Positions 50,585-60,681 of a DNA stretch of 64,000 bases are shown here, piece after piece. Position numbers and translations under genes: made by a program. Positions within the stretch are counted from its first letter, which is position 1. Every line of letters begins with the position of its first letter. The notes below the pieces were generated by a model. That model was not told the origin of the DNA and made no database searches. It saw only the letters and a program-made list of their open reading frames with translations. The stretch is from an uncultured virus (IMG/VR IMGVR_UViG_3300025150_000005) (Duplodnaviria > Heunggongvirae > Uroviricota > Caudoviricetes): IMG/VR virus record IMGVR_UViG_3300025150_000005, one strand, 5' to 3'.

Positions 50585-51193
50585 TCAGATTCGACGGTAC
50601 GCCGAGATCCGACTGCGCGAAGGTAGCCCCCCCAGCGACAAGATCCCCACCGCCCGCTGCTTCACCAGCGACCGCGCACGAGCCCGCGCGATCATCTGCA
50701 CCACCAACGCCCGCACCGCGATCACGAGCCCCAGTGCGGTCTGCGCCTGAGGCCCCGCTGACCGGAGCTGCAGGTCGTAGCTCGACGACGCGCCTGGCAT
50801 CCGCAAGGTGACCCCCTGCGGCATCATCGACGTCACTGCCCCCGGACTACTGGCCCCAAACGGCGACAGTGGCGGCGGTGCAAACCCCAGTCCTCCCTGC
50901 ACTCGAAGTCGGCGCCTGGGCGGCCGAAGGCCACCGAGGCCCGACGCCCCGGACAACCGGATGGCGCCGAGTGTGAGGCGCGCCCGCCAGATCAGGCCCA
51001 CTGCCTTGCGCACGTCCGGATCATCCACCGACGACAGCGCGGACTCGATGTCGTCGAGGCCAGTCAAGATCCCGTCAACTCGGCCCGAGCCGTAGCCCTG
51101 GCCGACACGCAGATCCATTGCGAGGCGTTGGATCTGTGGGATCACAGCGTTGAGGCGCATGAAGATGTAGTCGAGATTGGCGGTCTGGCGCAT
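50585..51193 (-). CDS. GLG-motif hypothetical protein
   Basis: SGLGGL, GGLGF linkers. Confidence 0.6.
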   Translation of the reverse strand: MRQTANLDYIFMRLNAVIPQIQRLAMDLRVGQGYGSGRVDGILTGLDDIESALSSVDDPDVRKAVGLIWRARLTLGAIRLSGASGLGGLRPPRRRLRVQGGLGFAPPPLSPFGASSPGAVTSMMPQGVTLRMPGASSSYDLQLRSAGPQAQTALGLVIAVRALVVQMIARARARSLVKQRAVGILSLGGLPSRSRISAYRRI

Positions 51194-51226
51194 GTGGGCC
51201 AGGATAGCTGGCCGACTGACGTGGCG

Positions 51227-51718
51227 CTAGATCGGACGAACAGCGCGACCGATCGCGAAGCCGAGTCCGATCCCGAGGAGACCGACGATCACGGACGTCG
51301 CGTCGACCGGGCTTCCGCCGCCGTCGAGCCCGTCGTCCGCACCGAAGCCCGAGAAGGGCGATGCTGGCGATCCGTACATCGCGGCGCGCTTCCGCGCGAC
51401 GGCCTTGCGACTCGTGTCCAACCGCTGGCCGTACCGGACTCCAGTGTCCTCGTCGATCCGGTACCCCGGGACGTACTGACGTGCGCCACTCGCGATGGCC
51501 GCCCCAAGCCCGTCGAGCCCGTCAGCGACACCCTGGAAGTAGGCCGGGGAGGTGACCGCGCGCTTCCGTGCAACGGCCTTGGCGCTGTTGTCCCAGCGTC
51601 GCCCGTAGATCTGCCCCGTGTCCTTGTTGATGATGTAGTTGTGGTTCGCCGTGGTGCTCCCGTCACGGAAGACAACGGCCGCCCCGAGTCCATCATTGCG
51701 ATCTTCGACGTAGAACAC
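51227..51718 (-). CDS. GLG-motif protein with tandem duplicated domain and C-terminal TM
   Basis: DGLGAA...DTG..YG.R.D.S.KAVARKRA occurs twice; SGFGA; TM plus R. Confidence 0.75.
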   Translation of the reverse strand: MFYVEDRNDGLGAAVVFRDGSTTANHNYIINKDTGQIYGRRWDNSAKAVARKRAVTSPAYFQGVADGLDGLGAAIASGARQYVPGYRIDEDTGVRYGQRLDTSRKAVARKRAAMYGSPASPFSGFGADDGLDGGGSPVDATSVIVGLLGIGLGFAIGRAVRPI

Positions 51719-51920
51719 TGTGACCGTCCCTGAGAGAAAGTGCCGACTGTTGTGGACAGTATCAGGGGAGGGGGTCCCTCTGTCAAGGGGCCTAGATCAG
51801 ATCGCTAGAACAACGAATTGAGCAGCCAATAGCCGAGCCCCCAGCACAGCGCCGCGATCGGGACCCCCCAGAAGCACCCGTAAGCCGCGCCCACGTCCTG
51901 ATCGTCACCATCGCTCATGT

Positions 51921-52406
51921 TCAACGCCCCCGCCCGTCTTCCTGCCGCAGCGTCCGCAGGTGCTCGCGCACGAGCCCCGAGATCTGAAAGAACTCCGTCA
52001 CGCCCTCGCTGTCACAAACCTCCATCTCGAAGTGGTCCCCGCCTGCCGTCGTGTAGCGGTAGAGGATTCCACCACGGATCAAGCTCCGCGTGAGCAGCAG
52101 CGTGGAGAAGTCTCCCCGTGCCATCGACGCGACGAGTCCGTCCAGCGCTGGATCCAACAACACGTTCGCGTGATCAGTTGGGGTCACGTGCACAAGCTCG
52201 TCGCCGCGCCAAGCCGCGAAGCAGATCGGGACGATGATGTCGGCCCGGTGGAAGTACACGCACAACTGCACGTCAGATGGGCTGAGGTCATCGTCGAACT
52301 GGTCGAGGATTTCGTAGATCGCCTCTCGACAGAGGCCAACGAGGGCGTCCGTGTGAGACTCGTTCGAGGCGGAGATTACGCGGCTCACGTTCGTCGACAC
52401 CGCCAT
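51921..52406 (-). CDS. Hypothetical protein
   Basis: Clean ORF, divergent from 52507. Confidence 0.6.
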   Translation of the reverse strand: MAVSTNVSRVISASNESHTDALVGLCREAIYEILDQFDDDLSPSDVQLCVYFHRADIIVPICFAAWRGDELVHVTPTDHANVLLDPALDGLVASMARGDFSTLLLTRSLIRGGILYRYTTAGGDHFEMEVCDSEGVTEFFQISGLVREHLRTLRQEDGRGR

Positions 52407-52506
52407 GTGCATTTCGAGTTGCGGCCCTCGGGGTGAGGACTATCGTACTACGAACCTACTTCCACCGTCCCCAAGATTCCGCCCGGGGATACCACTCGGA
52501 GATCGC

Positions 52507-53445
52507 ATGCACAGTAGCTACTTCAACCAGAACCCGGTGAGCGATGTCACTGGGCGCCCGAGGTCCCTCCGCACCTACATCCTGGACGGCCTCCGCGCTG
52601 CCCTCAACAACCACGTCGGCCTGCACGATCCCACGCACGTCCTGCACGACTTCGAGAGCCGCCTGTCCGCGGTCCAGGGCTGGTCGTCCGAGGACGCGGA
52701 GCGCGTCCTGGACAAGCAGCGCGCCAAGCGGCACAACGAACGGATGTGGCGGGAGGAAGCCCATGAGTGGCTGACTCAGATGCGGCGCGACGTGCACGCC
52801 CTCCGGGACGCGTGTGTGGGCGAGCCCGATGCGCCGCGCGGCCTCTCGACGGTGCTGGACGCTGCGTTCAATGGGCTCGAATACGGCGCCCATTTCGCCT
52901 ACCGCGCGGACCCTGTGACCGAGCCTCCTGGCCTCGACTACGACTACATCACGGCCGCCGGCTACCAGCAGCGCTGCATCACCTACCTGGAGGGCGAGGT
53001 CAAGCACAACCGCGTGCAGGTGCACGTGTTCAACGCACGCCACGCCGAGATGGTCCAGACCATCGAATTCCTCAAGGCCAACCTGCCAACCCCCACCGAG
53101 GACGAGGCGCGGATGGAGCAGGATCCGCAGAAGGCGCTGCGTGACCTCTTCCATGTGCCAGGGTGCGATGCGTCGCCGGGCGATTCGGCGGCCCTCGCCA
53201 TGTTCACCCAGAGCATCGAAGGCATGAACTCGGAGATCCTCTTCGCCTTCGGGCCCCTCATGGCCTTCGTCGCGAGGGACACTGCGACCCACGACATCCT
53301 GCACGCGGCAGCGACTGGTGTCTGGCCCACCCTCGGGGACCGTATCCGCGCGACGGAGAACCCCGAGCTGCTGACGGCCTTCGAGCAGGTGGACCAGCTG
53401 ATGCGCGAGGCCCAGGCGCGACGGGATCGCGGCGAGGTCGGCTGA
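52507..53445 (+). CDS. Hypothetical protein
   Basis: GGAG RBS, strong GC3 bias. Confidence 0.75.
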   Translation: MHSSYFNQNPVSDVTGRPRSLRTYILDGLRAALNNHVGLHDPTHVLHDFESRLSAVQGWSSEDAERVLDKQRAKRHNERMWREEAHEWLTQMRRDVHALRDACVGEPDAPRGLSTVLDAAFNGLEYGAHFAYRADPVTEPPGLDYDYITAAGYQQRCITYLEGEVKHNRVQVHVFNARHAEMVQTIEFLKANLPTPTEDEARMEQDPQKALRDLFHVPGCDASPGDSAALAMFTQSIEGMNSEILFAFGPLMAFVARDTATHDILHAAATGVWPTLGDRIRATENPELLTAFEQVDQLMREAQARRDRGEVG

Positions 53446-53454
53446 CGAGGCGGG

Positions 53455-53805
53455 CTAGGTGGCATCGGCCTTCGGTTCGGCGCCACCTAGCAGCCTGTAC
53501 TCCACCGAACGCCCCTCGCGCTCCGCACGCAGGATCCCCACTGTCATCCCCGGCGACACCCCGCGATCCGCGTAGACCACAGTGGCCTCGGCCTTCGCCC
53601 CCCAGGCCAACCCTGCTTCGATGCCCAGCATGCGCTCTGTACGCACCTTGTCGTCCAGGACGAGCGGGTACAGCGCGTGGGACGCGAACGGTGCCTCACC
53701 ACGAGCGAGGCAATCTCGCATCGCTTGCTTGAGGTACTCGAAGTTCGCTTCCCAGGCCTCTGGCGTGACGCCTGCGAACGGTGATTCGATCAGTACCAGT
53801 CTCAT
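53455..53805 (-). CDS. Conserved phage protein (IESPFAG/GEAPFASH family)
   Basis: LVLIESPFAG...RDCL.RGEAPFASH..Y..VLDD...ER..GI.AG..W. Confidence 0.75.
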   Translation of the reverse strand: MRLVLIESPFAGVTPEAWEANFEYLKQAMRDCLARGEAPFASHALYPLVLDDKVRTERMLGIEAGLAWGAKAEATVVYADRGVSPGMTVGILRAEREGRSVEYRLLGGAEPKADAT

Positions 53806-54373
53806 GTCGTACTGCTCCGTCAGACCTGGAGTCCCAGGGCTTGCGCGCGGGGTTGGAGGATGTCGTAGGAGACCCGCCGGGTCCACGCTGCGTCCATGAG
53901 CGCGTTGTGGGCGACGTGCTCGTCCAGCTTCGGGAACTGTCGAACCCCCAGCAGGTCGCTGAGCTGCTTGATGTCCTTTGTGTGCATCGGCATCCCCTCA
54001 GGCAGCTTGGCCATCGTCCCGAACAGCCAGCAGAGCATGACGTGGTCGTAGGCCGCGTAGTAGCCCCACAACTCGGTATGCACGCGCTCGGATGGTCCGA
54101 TGAAGCGAAGCACCGCGTCGCGGATCTCCCGGCACGTCATCCACGTGGGGTCGTCAGGGTCGGGCAGCTTCTGGAGCACGTTCTGCCGCACCCAGCCGTT
54201 TGCCAGAGAGAAGTCGGCTTCGCGGTTGCAGCAGTGTAGGTCCGCTCGACCATTCGCGTTGACCATGTCGATCGAGATCAGTTCCAACCTTGGCTATCCG
54301 GTTGCCTCAGAATCGGCCCGGCCGGCCAGGATCCTGGGATCCAGACCGGCCCCAGCTTCTCCCACGCGACCCC

Positions 54374-54634
54374 CTACCCGATGGTCACCCGGAAGCTGGC
54401 GACACCGCCCTTCTCGGGGACTTCCACGTCGACTCGACGGGCTCGGAAGTTCCAGACCGTCTGTCGCCCATGCAGATACGCGATCTCGAACCGATCCGAT
54501 ACGGTGCCACTCTTGTCGTACAGCGCGACTTCCAGAGTTCCACGCTTCATCTCCACGCGGACCTTAGAGGGGTCAGGGCCGCGTACCACTTCAATGATCC
54601 CACCATCCTCGCGTAGTCGGTAACTCGTATTCAT
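54374..54634 (-). CDS. IS passenger, small beta-rich protein (homolog of 23711..24007)
   Basis: GAGGA RBS; shared motifs with the copy A passenger. Confidence 0.7.
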   Translation of the reverse strand: MNTSYRLREDGGIIEVVRGPDPSKVRVEMKRGTLEVALYDKSGTVSDRFEIAYLHGRQTVWNFRARRVDVEVPEKGGVASFRVTIG

Positions 54635-54740
54635 GTTGTCCTCGATGATGGTTTCCTGAGAGACGTTTAGCGTCTCGTCAGAATCAGTCTGCCGGGCAAC
54701 CACAACCGCCACCTCGACGGGCCGCGAACGGCCAAGCTGA

Positions 54741-54862
54741 GGCGCACTGGACCCTTGTCAGAGCGGCCACGATCCACTATGGTCGTGACTGGCTTGGGCG
54801 CTCTGATTCGACCAGTGCGCACACCCGAAGCCGCTTGGGCTGCAATCCCGAGCGGCTTCAAC
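54741..54862 (-). ncRNA. Candidate structured RNA/leader in IS1595 element, copy B
   Basis: Near-identical to 24053-24176, with most changes in loops. Confidence 0.55.
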
Positions 54863-56056
54863 TTTTCTACGGTAGTCGTTCGACGGATCGTAATCCAACC
54901 GTTTTCGACGCATTCGATAGGCACCTACAAACGTAGGTCCCTCAGTCCTCGACGAACCCGAACCTCATCAGGTCTTCGGGCAACACGCTGGTCCAGCCAC
55001 CACCCGGGTTCTCCCTCACAGGCGCTGTGCCGTCGTAGTGACCTCGATACGTCACGGCGTCCGCCCCCGTCCCGATCTGTAGCAGCGTGCAGAACGACCG
55101 CATCCGGGCGAAGCGCCGATTGAAGCGGAAGACGTACTCGTTGAGGTACTCCTGAAGGTGCTTCTTCCGCACGGCCCCGTGGTACGTGCCCAGGATCCAT
55201 GCCTTCAGGTTTGAGATCACGAGGTGAACCAGTGGCACCCAACTCTCGATGGTCACCTTGTCCTTCCTCGTGACGAGCCACTCGTGAACGAATCCAAACT
55301 CTGGCGAGCTTCAAGCGAGGCCCGGCGGAAGTTGCCGCTTCATCACTGGATGCAGGATTACCCTACAGGGGGTTTCGGGAGGTGCTGCGAGTCCACATGC
55401 AGTCGTCGAGGTCGCACGAGTCGACCAGCCCGAGTGAGGTCGAGGCGTAGGCGCGATTACAGTCGGGTAAGACATTCTGCGCGCAGTTGGCCTAGTTTAC
55501 CGAGGCTATCGAGGGTACACTGGTCGAAGTGAATCCCGGGACCCGGATCTGCGTGTGCGCCAGTGTGGGCTGGGGGTCATTCTGAGGCAACCGGATAGCC
55601 AAGGTTCCAACTGCCCTGGGGCTTCCATGAACTCGGTGTCGTAGAAGAATCGGCGCGTTGGCTTCATGTGAACAACTCCTTCAGGAACGCTGGCACCTGT
55701 CGCCAGACAGTCGGGCTGACCAGACAGCTCAACAGGAAGCGCCACTGGTCGAGGTAGTCGAGGATCGCGTCAGTGCGCATTGGTGCCGCCATGCGGCTCG
55801 CAGGCACGCTCGACGACGTGTGCGAGCGCGTAGATACCCGCGATGATGCCGAGCGTGTGTCCCATAGTAGGCAGTGCCTGCGTGGTCTTACCACAAGGGC
55901 AGACAATCTCACCGCAGGGCAGGCTGTTCGGGATCGTCTCGATCGTGAGTGTCGCCGCGAACTGCGCACAGTGTGGACAGCGCACGGGATTGAGGGTCAA
56001 CTTGACGGTCTCGGCCATCGTACGGCCAGCGAGGTTGTCGGGGCGGTCTGCCACTT

Positions 56057-59000
56057 TCACACCTCCCCCCAATGTCTACCGATCTTGGAATCAATCGGGA
56101 AGCTCCACTCTCCCTCGATCCCTGCGAACTTGTACCGTCCAGGCATCTCCTGATGCAGCAGGGCCTGCATCGCCTGCGCGTTCGCCTCTGGGACCTCGTA
56201 CACGAGGCTGTCGTGAACCTGGGCCACCAGCCGTGCGCCGAGCGCACGACTCGGCGCGTCCAGGCGAATCAGCGCTGCGTTCGTGATGTCTGCACCGCCA
56301 CTCTGGATGGGATAGTTTGCGGCATCCGTGATGGCGAAGTCGACGCCGCTCCAGTAGCGACGACGTCCCATAATCGGGCTCTCCAGCCACCCGTACCCGT
56401 GCTGCAGCTTGCGCTTGAAGTAGAGGTCGTAGTTCTTGTGCGCCACCTGCGTGATCTCGGGGTTGACCTCGCGCCACCCGCGCAACAGCGCCGAGACCTC
56501 GCCGAGCTGAAGCCCTGGGAAGTCCCGCAGAAGCACCGCCCAGATGGTCGCGTCTGAGCCCTCGTAGTTCGCGTTGTAGACGAAGCGCTTGGCCTGCACT
56601 CGCAGCTGCACGAGCTTGGTCCAAAGCGTCTCGGTCGCAGCCTGCGCGATCGTTGCGCAGTGTGGGCAGTAGTCCAGGTGAAACTCAGCCCAGATCGCGC
56701 CGTCGCCCTTCCCCTTGTCGAACAGGCGCACACGCTCCGAGCCCCAGGGCACCGTCGCCGGCCTGGTCAGCTGCTCCGGCGTCATCTGATCCTTCGTGAT
56801 GATCCGGAACCATGCGTGACCCTCGTCGAGGGTCCCGGTGTGCGCAGCGCAGCGGGCCCTCGCCGCTTCGGCCATCTTCGCCTGGAAGTCGAGCTTGAAG
56901 AGCAGCTCGGCGTTCTTCCGGTGCACGTCCGATGACTTGAGCGCCCGGAGCAGGTTCACGGCCCCTGTGTAGATCGCGACGATCCACAGCTCCAGCGCCG
57001 AGTAGTCCGCGCCGACGAGCACGTACCCGTCCTCCGCGATGTACATGGCGCGGAGCCACTTCGGGATGGTCTGCAGGCCGGGGTCTTCGCAGGAGTACCG
57101 CCCCGACACTGTCCCGTACTGCTTCCAGATCGCACGCACGCGGCCATCTGCGCCGACGCGCAGGTTCTCGACGAAGGTCGATCGCGCCTTCTCGGCGCCA
57201 CGCAGCCCCAACAGCCCTGCGCCATCGCTGGTTGCGTCGAACGCACTCCCGATGAAGGCACGTCCCGCGTCGTCGAGAAAGGGAAGTTGCTGGATGAGGT
57301 CGTCCTCGGCCGTCGAATGCTGCGTCCCCTTCTCGGTCATCGGCGTCCGAATCTGGAACAGATCCAGAGTCGCCATCATGTGACCAGGCCGCCCGGGGCG
57401 ATAGAACTGGCGCAGGAACGACTCGTCGTCGGGGTAGGTCAACAACACGAGGTTGCGGATCTTGGTCAGGAGACCCGGGCTGTCGACCACACCAGCCGCC
57501 GCCTCGGCCTTGCTCGACCCGAGCACCTCCCCGGACACCCGGACGACGTAGCCACCCTTCACACGAATCAGCACGTCAAAACGAAGCCCGAGGTCGATTA
57601 CCTCCTTCGGAGGGAGCAATGCCTGCTTGAAAATCAGGGCCCGGTCGGGGTAATCTGCCATCTCAGTGAGCAATGCTTCGATCAGCTCATCCGTACACCG
57701 ACGCTCGACGTCGGCGAACTTCTCCAGGAAGGTTTCACGCTTGTCCGCGTCGAGGCGGAAGCCGATGCACGTCATCGCGACGATGATGCGCTGACCTGCC
57801 ATCGACTGCTCGTAGAGCGGCATCAGCCCATCCGCTGCCAAGACCTTGCGCATGATCGCCATGAGCGGTGTGGTCTGGTGGACGTCGTAGGCGTTGTAGA
57901 GCCACAGCTGACGATCGTCCTGCACGGTCAGGCCGTGTGTGCCATCGCCAAGCCCCTTCCACGACGGACAGTCCAACGCGACCGACGCGCAGAACGCCAG
58001 GGAGTGTGGCAGCTCGCTCTCGATGAGGTGGTGCGCGAGGAGCGTATCGTCACACGGGTCGAGCACCTGGATGTCGTTGGACTCCAGGCTGCCCCGGTCG
58101 TAGGCGCCCTGGTGGGCACCCTTCCTGATCTTCGGGTGCGCGAACACACGCCTGACGATCTGCCACGTCGCGCCGTCGAGGATCGACTCGCCCGCGATGG
58201 TGCAGACCGGGACCACGACGACGGTGTTGGGCGCCCACCCCATCGATAGCACGCGAAGCTGCGCATACACAGGGTGTAGGCCGTCGGTCTCGACGTCGTA
58301 CCCCATGTCGATCTCGGGGCCGTCCGTTTCCAAGCGACGGTCAGCCTCGGCGAGCAGGCGGAGCAACGCCTCGCACACGGTGCGTGGCTGGTAGATCGGT
58401 TCGGGGTCAGTCCAGAAAAAGCCCTCCCGGTGAATCCGCACAGCCTTCGCGACCCACAGCGCGAATGCCTCCCGGTACTTCTCCATGCCACGCATGATGG
58501 CGGCCGGGTGCACGGTCGCGAGGGCCATCCGCTTCCCGTCCGCGAACGGGATGGGGAAGCCCTGCTCGGCCATGATCCCCTCGCGCCCTGTGATCGCCTT
58601 CAGGGCCACCTTGCCCAAGAGCAAGTAGAACTTGGCACGGGCCACGTCGCGAATCAGCCGCGGGCGGCAGCACTCGATTGGCGTGAGGATCGGATCGGTG
58701 TCGGGCGGCTGGGCGGGGAGCGCAAGCAGCGCGGGCTCCGGTGGGATCGCGACCTCAGCCGGCATCTTGGGCGGCGGGACCGCCTGATAGACGGTCGTCT
58801 CCCACGTGGGAATCTCGATCTCAGGTGACAGCGGCGGGTCGATGAGCGGTCGATCCTCTTTCTCAGCCCGCTCCTGGAGGCGCTTGCGCTCCCGCTCCCA
58901 CACCGCGATGTCGCGAGCGTGCTCCTTCGTCGCCTTCGCGTACACCTTCTCGCGGTTGAGCCGCTCCTTCGCGACGCTCTTCTCCCAGCGCTCCCACGCC

Positions 59001-59437
59001 TTGGCGAACTTGTCCCTCCAGGTCGTGTCGCGCCGCGTGATGGCCTTCTCGCGCTTCGCCACTGCGCTCTCGAACGCACGCTGGATCTTCGCGACCGCGA
59101 CCTCCCACTGGCGCAATGTGCGGGCACGGATCCGATTCTGCGCCTTGATCTCTTTGAGGAAGGCACCCAGGTCACCATCGCCGGGGGGGCGACAGAGCAT
59201 CACGTTCGTCGCACGGCAGGCGTGGCGTGGGAGCCCGCTGTTTGCCAGGGCGCGGTTGAGCATCTGCCCAGAGGCGCCCACGAGAGGACGCCCCTGTTCG
59301 ACCTCGTTGTAACCCGGCGCCTCGGCGACGATCACGAAGTCCGCATCGCGTGGCCCGTCCATCGGGACAGGCTGACAGCCCTTGAGAGGGCACTCGTCGC
59401 ATCGCGCGCCGTGGTCGCGTGGATCGTACGTGCTCAT
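56057..59437 (-). CDS. polA: Family A DNA polymerase fused to an N-terminal family-4 uracil-DNA glycosylase-like domain
   Basis: CDECPL, EAPG, TNV.LCRPP, HPAA; exo DVET/YD/YNAYD; ADYSALE, R..AK...Y...Y, QVHD. Confidence 0.92.
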   Translation of the reverse strand: MSTYDPRDHGARCDECPLKGCQPVPMDGPRDADFVIVAEAPGYNEVEQGRPLVGASGQMLNRALANSGLPRHACRATNVMLCRPPGDGDLGAFLKEIKAQNRIRARTLRQWEVAVAKIQRAFESAVAKREKAITRRDTTWRDKFAKAWERWEKSVAKERLNREKVYAKATKEHARDIAVWERERKRLQERAEKEDRPLIDPPLSPEIEIPTWETTVYQAVPPPKMPAEVAIPPEPALLALPAQPPDTDPILTPIECCRPRLIRDVARAKFYLLLGKVALKAITGREGIMAEQGFPIPFADGKRMALATVHPAAIMRGMEKYREAFALWVAKAVRIHREGFFWTDPEPIYQPRTVCEALLRLLAEADRRLETDGPEIDMGYDVETDGLHPVYAQLRVLSMGWAPNTVVVVPVCTIAGESILDGATWQIVRRVFAHPKIRKGAHQGAYDRGSLESNDIQVLDPCDDTLLAHHLIESELPHSLAFCASVALDCPSWKGLGDGTHGLTVQDDRQLWLYNAYDVHQTTPLMAIMRKVLAADGLMPLYEQSMAGQRIIVAMTCIGFRLDADKRETFLEKFADVERRCTDELIEALLTEMADYPDRALIFKQALLPPKEVIDLGLRFDVLIRVKGGYVVRVSGEVLGSSKAEAAAGVVDSPGLLTKIRNLVLLTYPDDESFLRQFYRPGRPGHMMATLDLFQIRTPMTEKGTQHSTAEDDLIQQLPFLDDAGRAFIGSAFDATSDGAGLLGLRGAEKARSTFVENLRVGADGRVRAIWKQYGTVSGRYSCEDPGLQTIPKWLRAMYIAEDGYVLVGADYSALELWIVAIYTGAVNLLRALKSSDVHRKNAELLFKLDFQAKMAEAARARCAAHTGTLDEGHAWFRIITKDQMTPEQLTRPATVPWGSERVRLFDKGKGDGAIWAEFHLDYCPHCATIAQAATETLWTKLVQLRVQAKRFVYNANYEGSDATIWAVLLRDFPGLQLGEVSALLRGWREVNPEITQVAHKNYDLYFKRKLQHGYGWLESPIMGRRRYWSGVDFAITDAANYPIQSGGADITNAALIRLDAPSRALGARLVAQVHDSLVYEVPEANAQAMQALLHQEMPGRYKFAGIEGEWSFPIDSKIGRHWGEV

Positions 59438-59685
59438 CGTAGGTGCTTCGGCTTCCAGTCCTCGACGTGCTTGATCGCAGCGCTGCGTAGCTCGTGGTAG
59501 GTGGTGAGCGCAGCACCCGCTTCGGGTCCAGACTCCCTGGCTTCACGGAAGTCCCTGTGGGCTGCGTGGATGGCGGCCTGCATGTCCCACGGGACCTTGG
59601 CCCAGCAATACCTGCACATCATGTAGTCAACGGAACACCGCCGAACACACGTGCTACAGGAGCAGGCTCGCATCTCCTTGGCCAT
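59434..59685 (-). CDS. Small Cys-rich phage protein
   Basis: C...C......MC..CW..VP...Q..I. Confidence 0.7.
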   Translation of the reverse strand: MAKEMRACSCSTCVRRCSVDYMMCRYCWAKVPWDMQAAIHAAHRDFREARESGPEAGAALTTYHELRSAAIKHVEDWKPKHLR

Positions 59686-59944
59686 CAGGATCAGATCTCC
59701 TCGCGCTGGGCCTTGGTCTGCTCGGCGAGAGCCTTGAGTCGTTCATCCCGAACCGCGTCCTCTGCGTCGAGGGCTGCGTGCGCCCGCCGAATGCCCTCGG
59801 ACCGCGTGAACCCGCACAGGGTGCAGGTCGCCTCGTTGCCGTCCCACACGACAGTGGTCATCAGGATGCCCGGGGGTGAGTGAAGCGGACAGAACCACGC
59901 CTTCACCGGAGCCTGATCGAGCGCTGCCATCACATCGTCCTGCT

Positions 59945-60535
59945 TCATGTGTCTTCCTTCCACGTGCGGTTTGCCAGGATGTCCCGAACCGTTGCGACGC
60001 TCACCCCATACTGGCCTGCGAGGTACTTGGGGTCGCGGTTGTAACGTGCGTGGTCGCGGAGCTGCGCGACCCGCGTCACGTCCAACTTGGTGCCCCCGTA
60101 GCGCACACGACCATTGCGATGAGCGTCGGCACGATTCTGGCTGTGTGTGCCGTAAGCCAAGTTCTGGTGCGAGCAGTTTTCTTTTTGATCGTCGAGGTGG
60201 CGTACGACCTGCCCTACGGGCTGAGGTCCGATGAAGGTCACGGCGACGATGGTGTGGAGCCGCCAGCGAACCCACTTGAACCCGTCGTAGACGTTGAGTT
60301 GCGGGTAGCCCCACTTGTCGAGCGTCGGGTAAAGCGGCCGGGGCTCTCGCAGGACACGCCCCCGAGAGCGGTACGTCCGCACCTTGCCATCAGGGTGCGC
60401 CTCGTAGTGCGGGAGCCCAGGGACGCCACGCCAAGCAAGGTGCATTAGCAGCGCGTCGAACAAATCCACTGGCACTTCGACCCGAGGGCCAAAACTGTCA
60501 GCGCGCAGTGCCTGGAGCTTGTCGACGAGCGTCAT
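59945..60535 (-). CDS. NUMOD4-type HNH endonuclease
   Basis: YEAHPDGKVR; H.IVA..F.G......VRHLD....N....NL.YGT...N. Confidence 0.85.
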   Translation of the reverse strand: MTLVDKLQALRADSFGPRVEVPVDLFDALLMHLAWRGVPGLPHYEAHPDGKVRTYRSRGRVLREPRPLYPTLDKWGYPQLNVYDGFKWVRWRLHTIVAVTFIGPQPVGQVVRHLDDQKENCSHQNLAYGTHSQNRADAHRNGRVRYGGTKLDVTRVAQLRDHARYNRDPKYLAGQYGVSVATVRDILANRTWKEDT

Positions 60536-60648
60536 CACGTACAGGTGCCCTGAGCGTTGAGAAAAGCGGCGGAGGTGGGGAAACCCCACAAGGTGACCAG
60601 GAGGTGTGCGAGACCGAGAAATCGCCTCCCCCGAGGGGCTCCGCCATA

Positions 60649-60681
60649 GCGAGGGGGACTGTCGTAGACAGCCCCCCTCGC
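60649..60681 (-). terminator. GC-rich hairpin downstream of the SSB-like gene
   Basis: 15-bp stem with 3-nt loop. Confidence 0.5.

Larger units (their letters stand above)
54289..55603 (-). mobile_element. Internally deleted non-autonomous IS1595-family element, copy B
   Basis: 25-bp perfect TIRs; 8-bp TSD GTTCCAAC at 54281-54288 and 55604-55611; only the 3' part of the transposase remains (54942-55292). Confidence 0.95.
53820..55667 (-). pseudogene. Rv2179c-like DEDDh 3'-5' exonuclease split by an IS1595 derivative
   Basis: FFYDTEF.E...LE | LISI...WGYYAAYDHV...HNALMDA; the halves rejoin in frame when the element plus one TSD is removed. Confidence 0.9.

Noticed and set aside
56600..59150. 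Inteins in the polymerase
   Set aside because: The insertions lack N-terminal C/S plus C-terminal HN-C/S/T splice motifs and LAGLIDADG blocks
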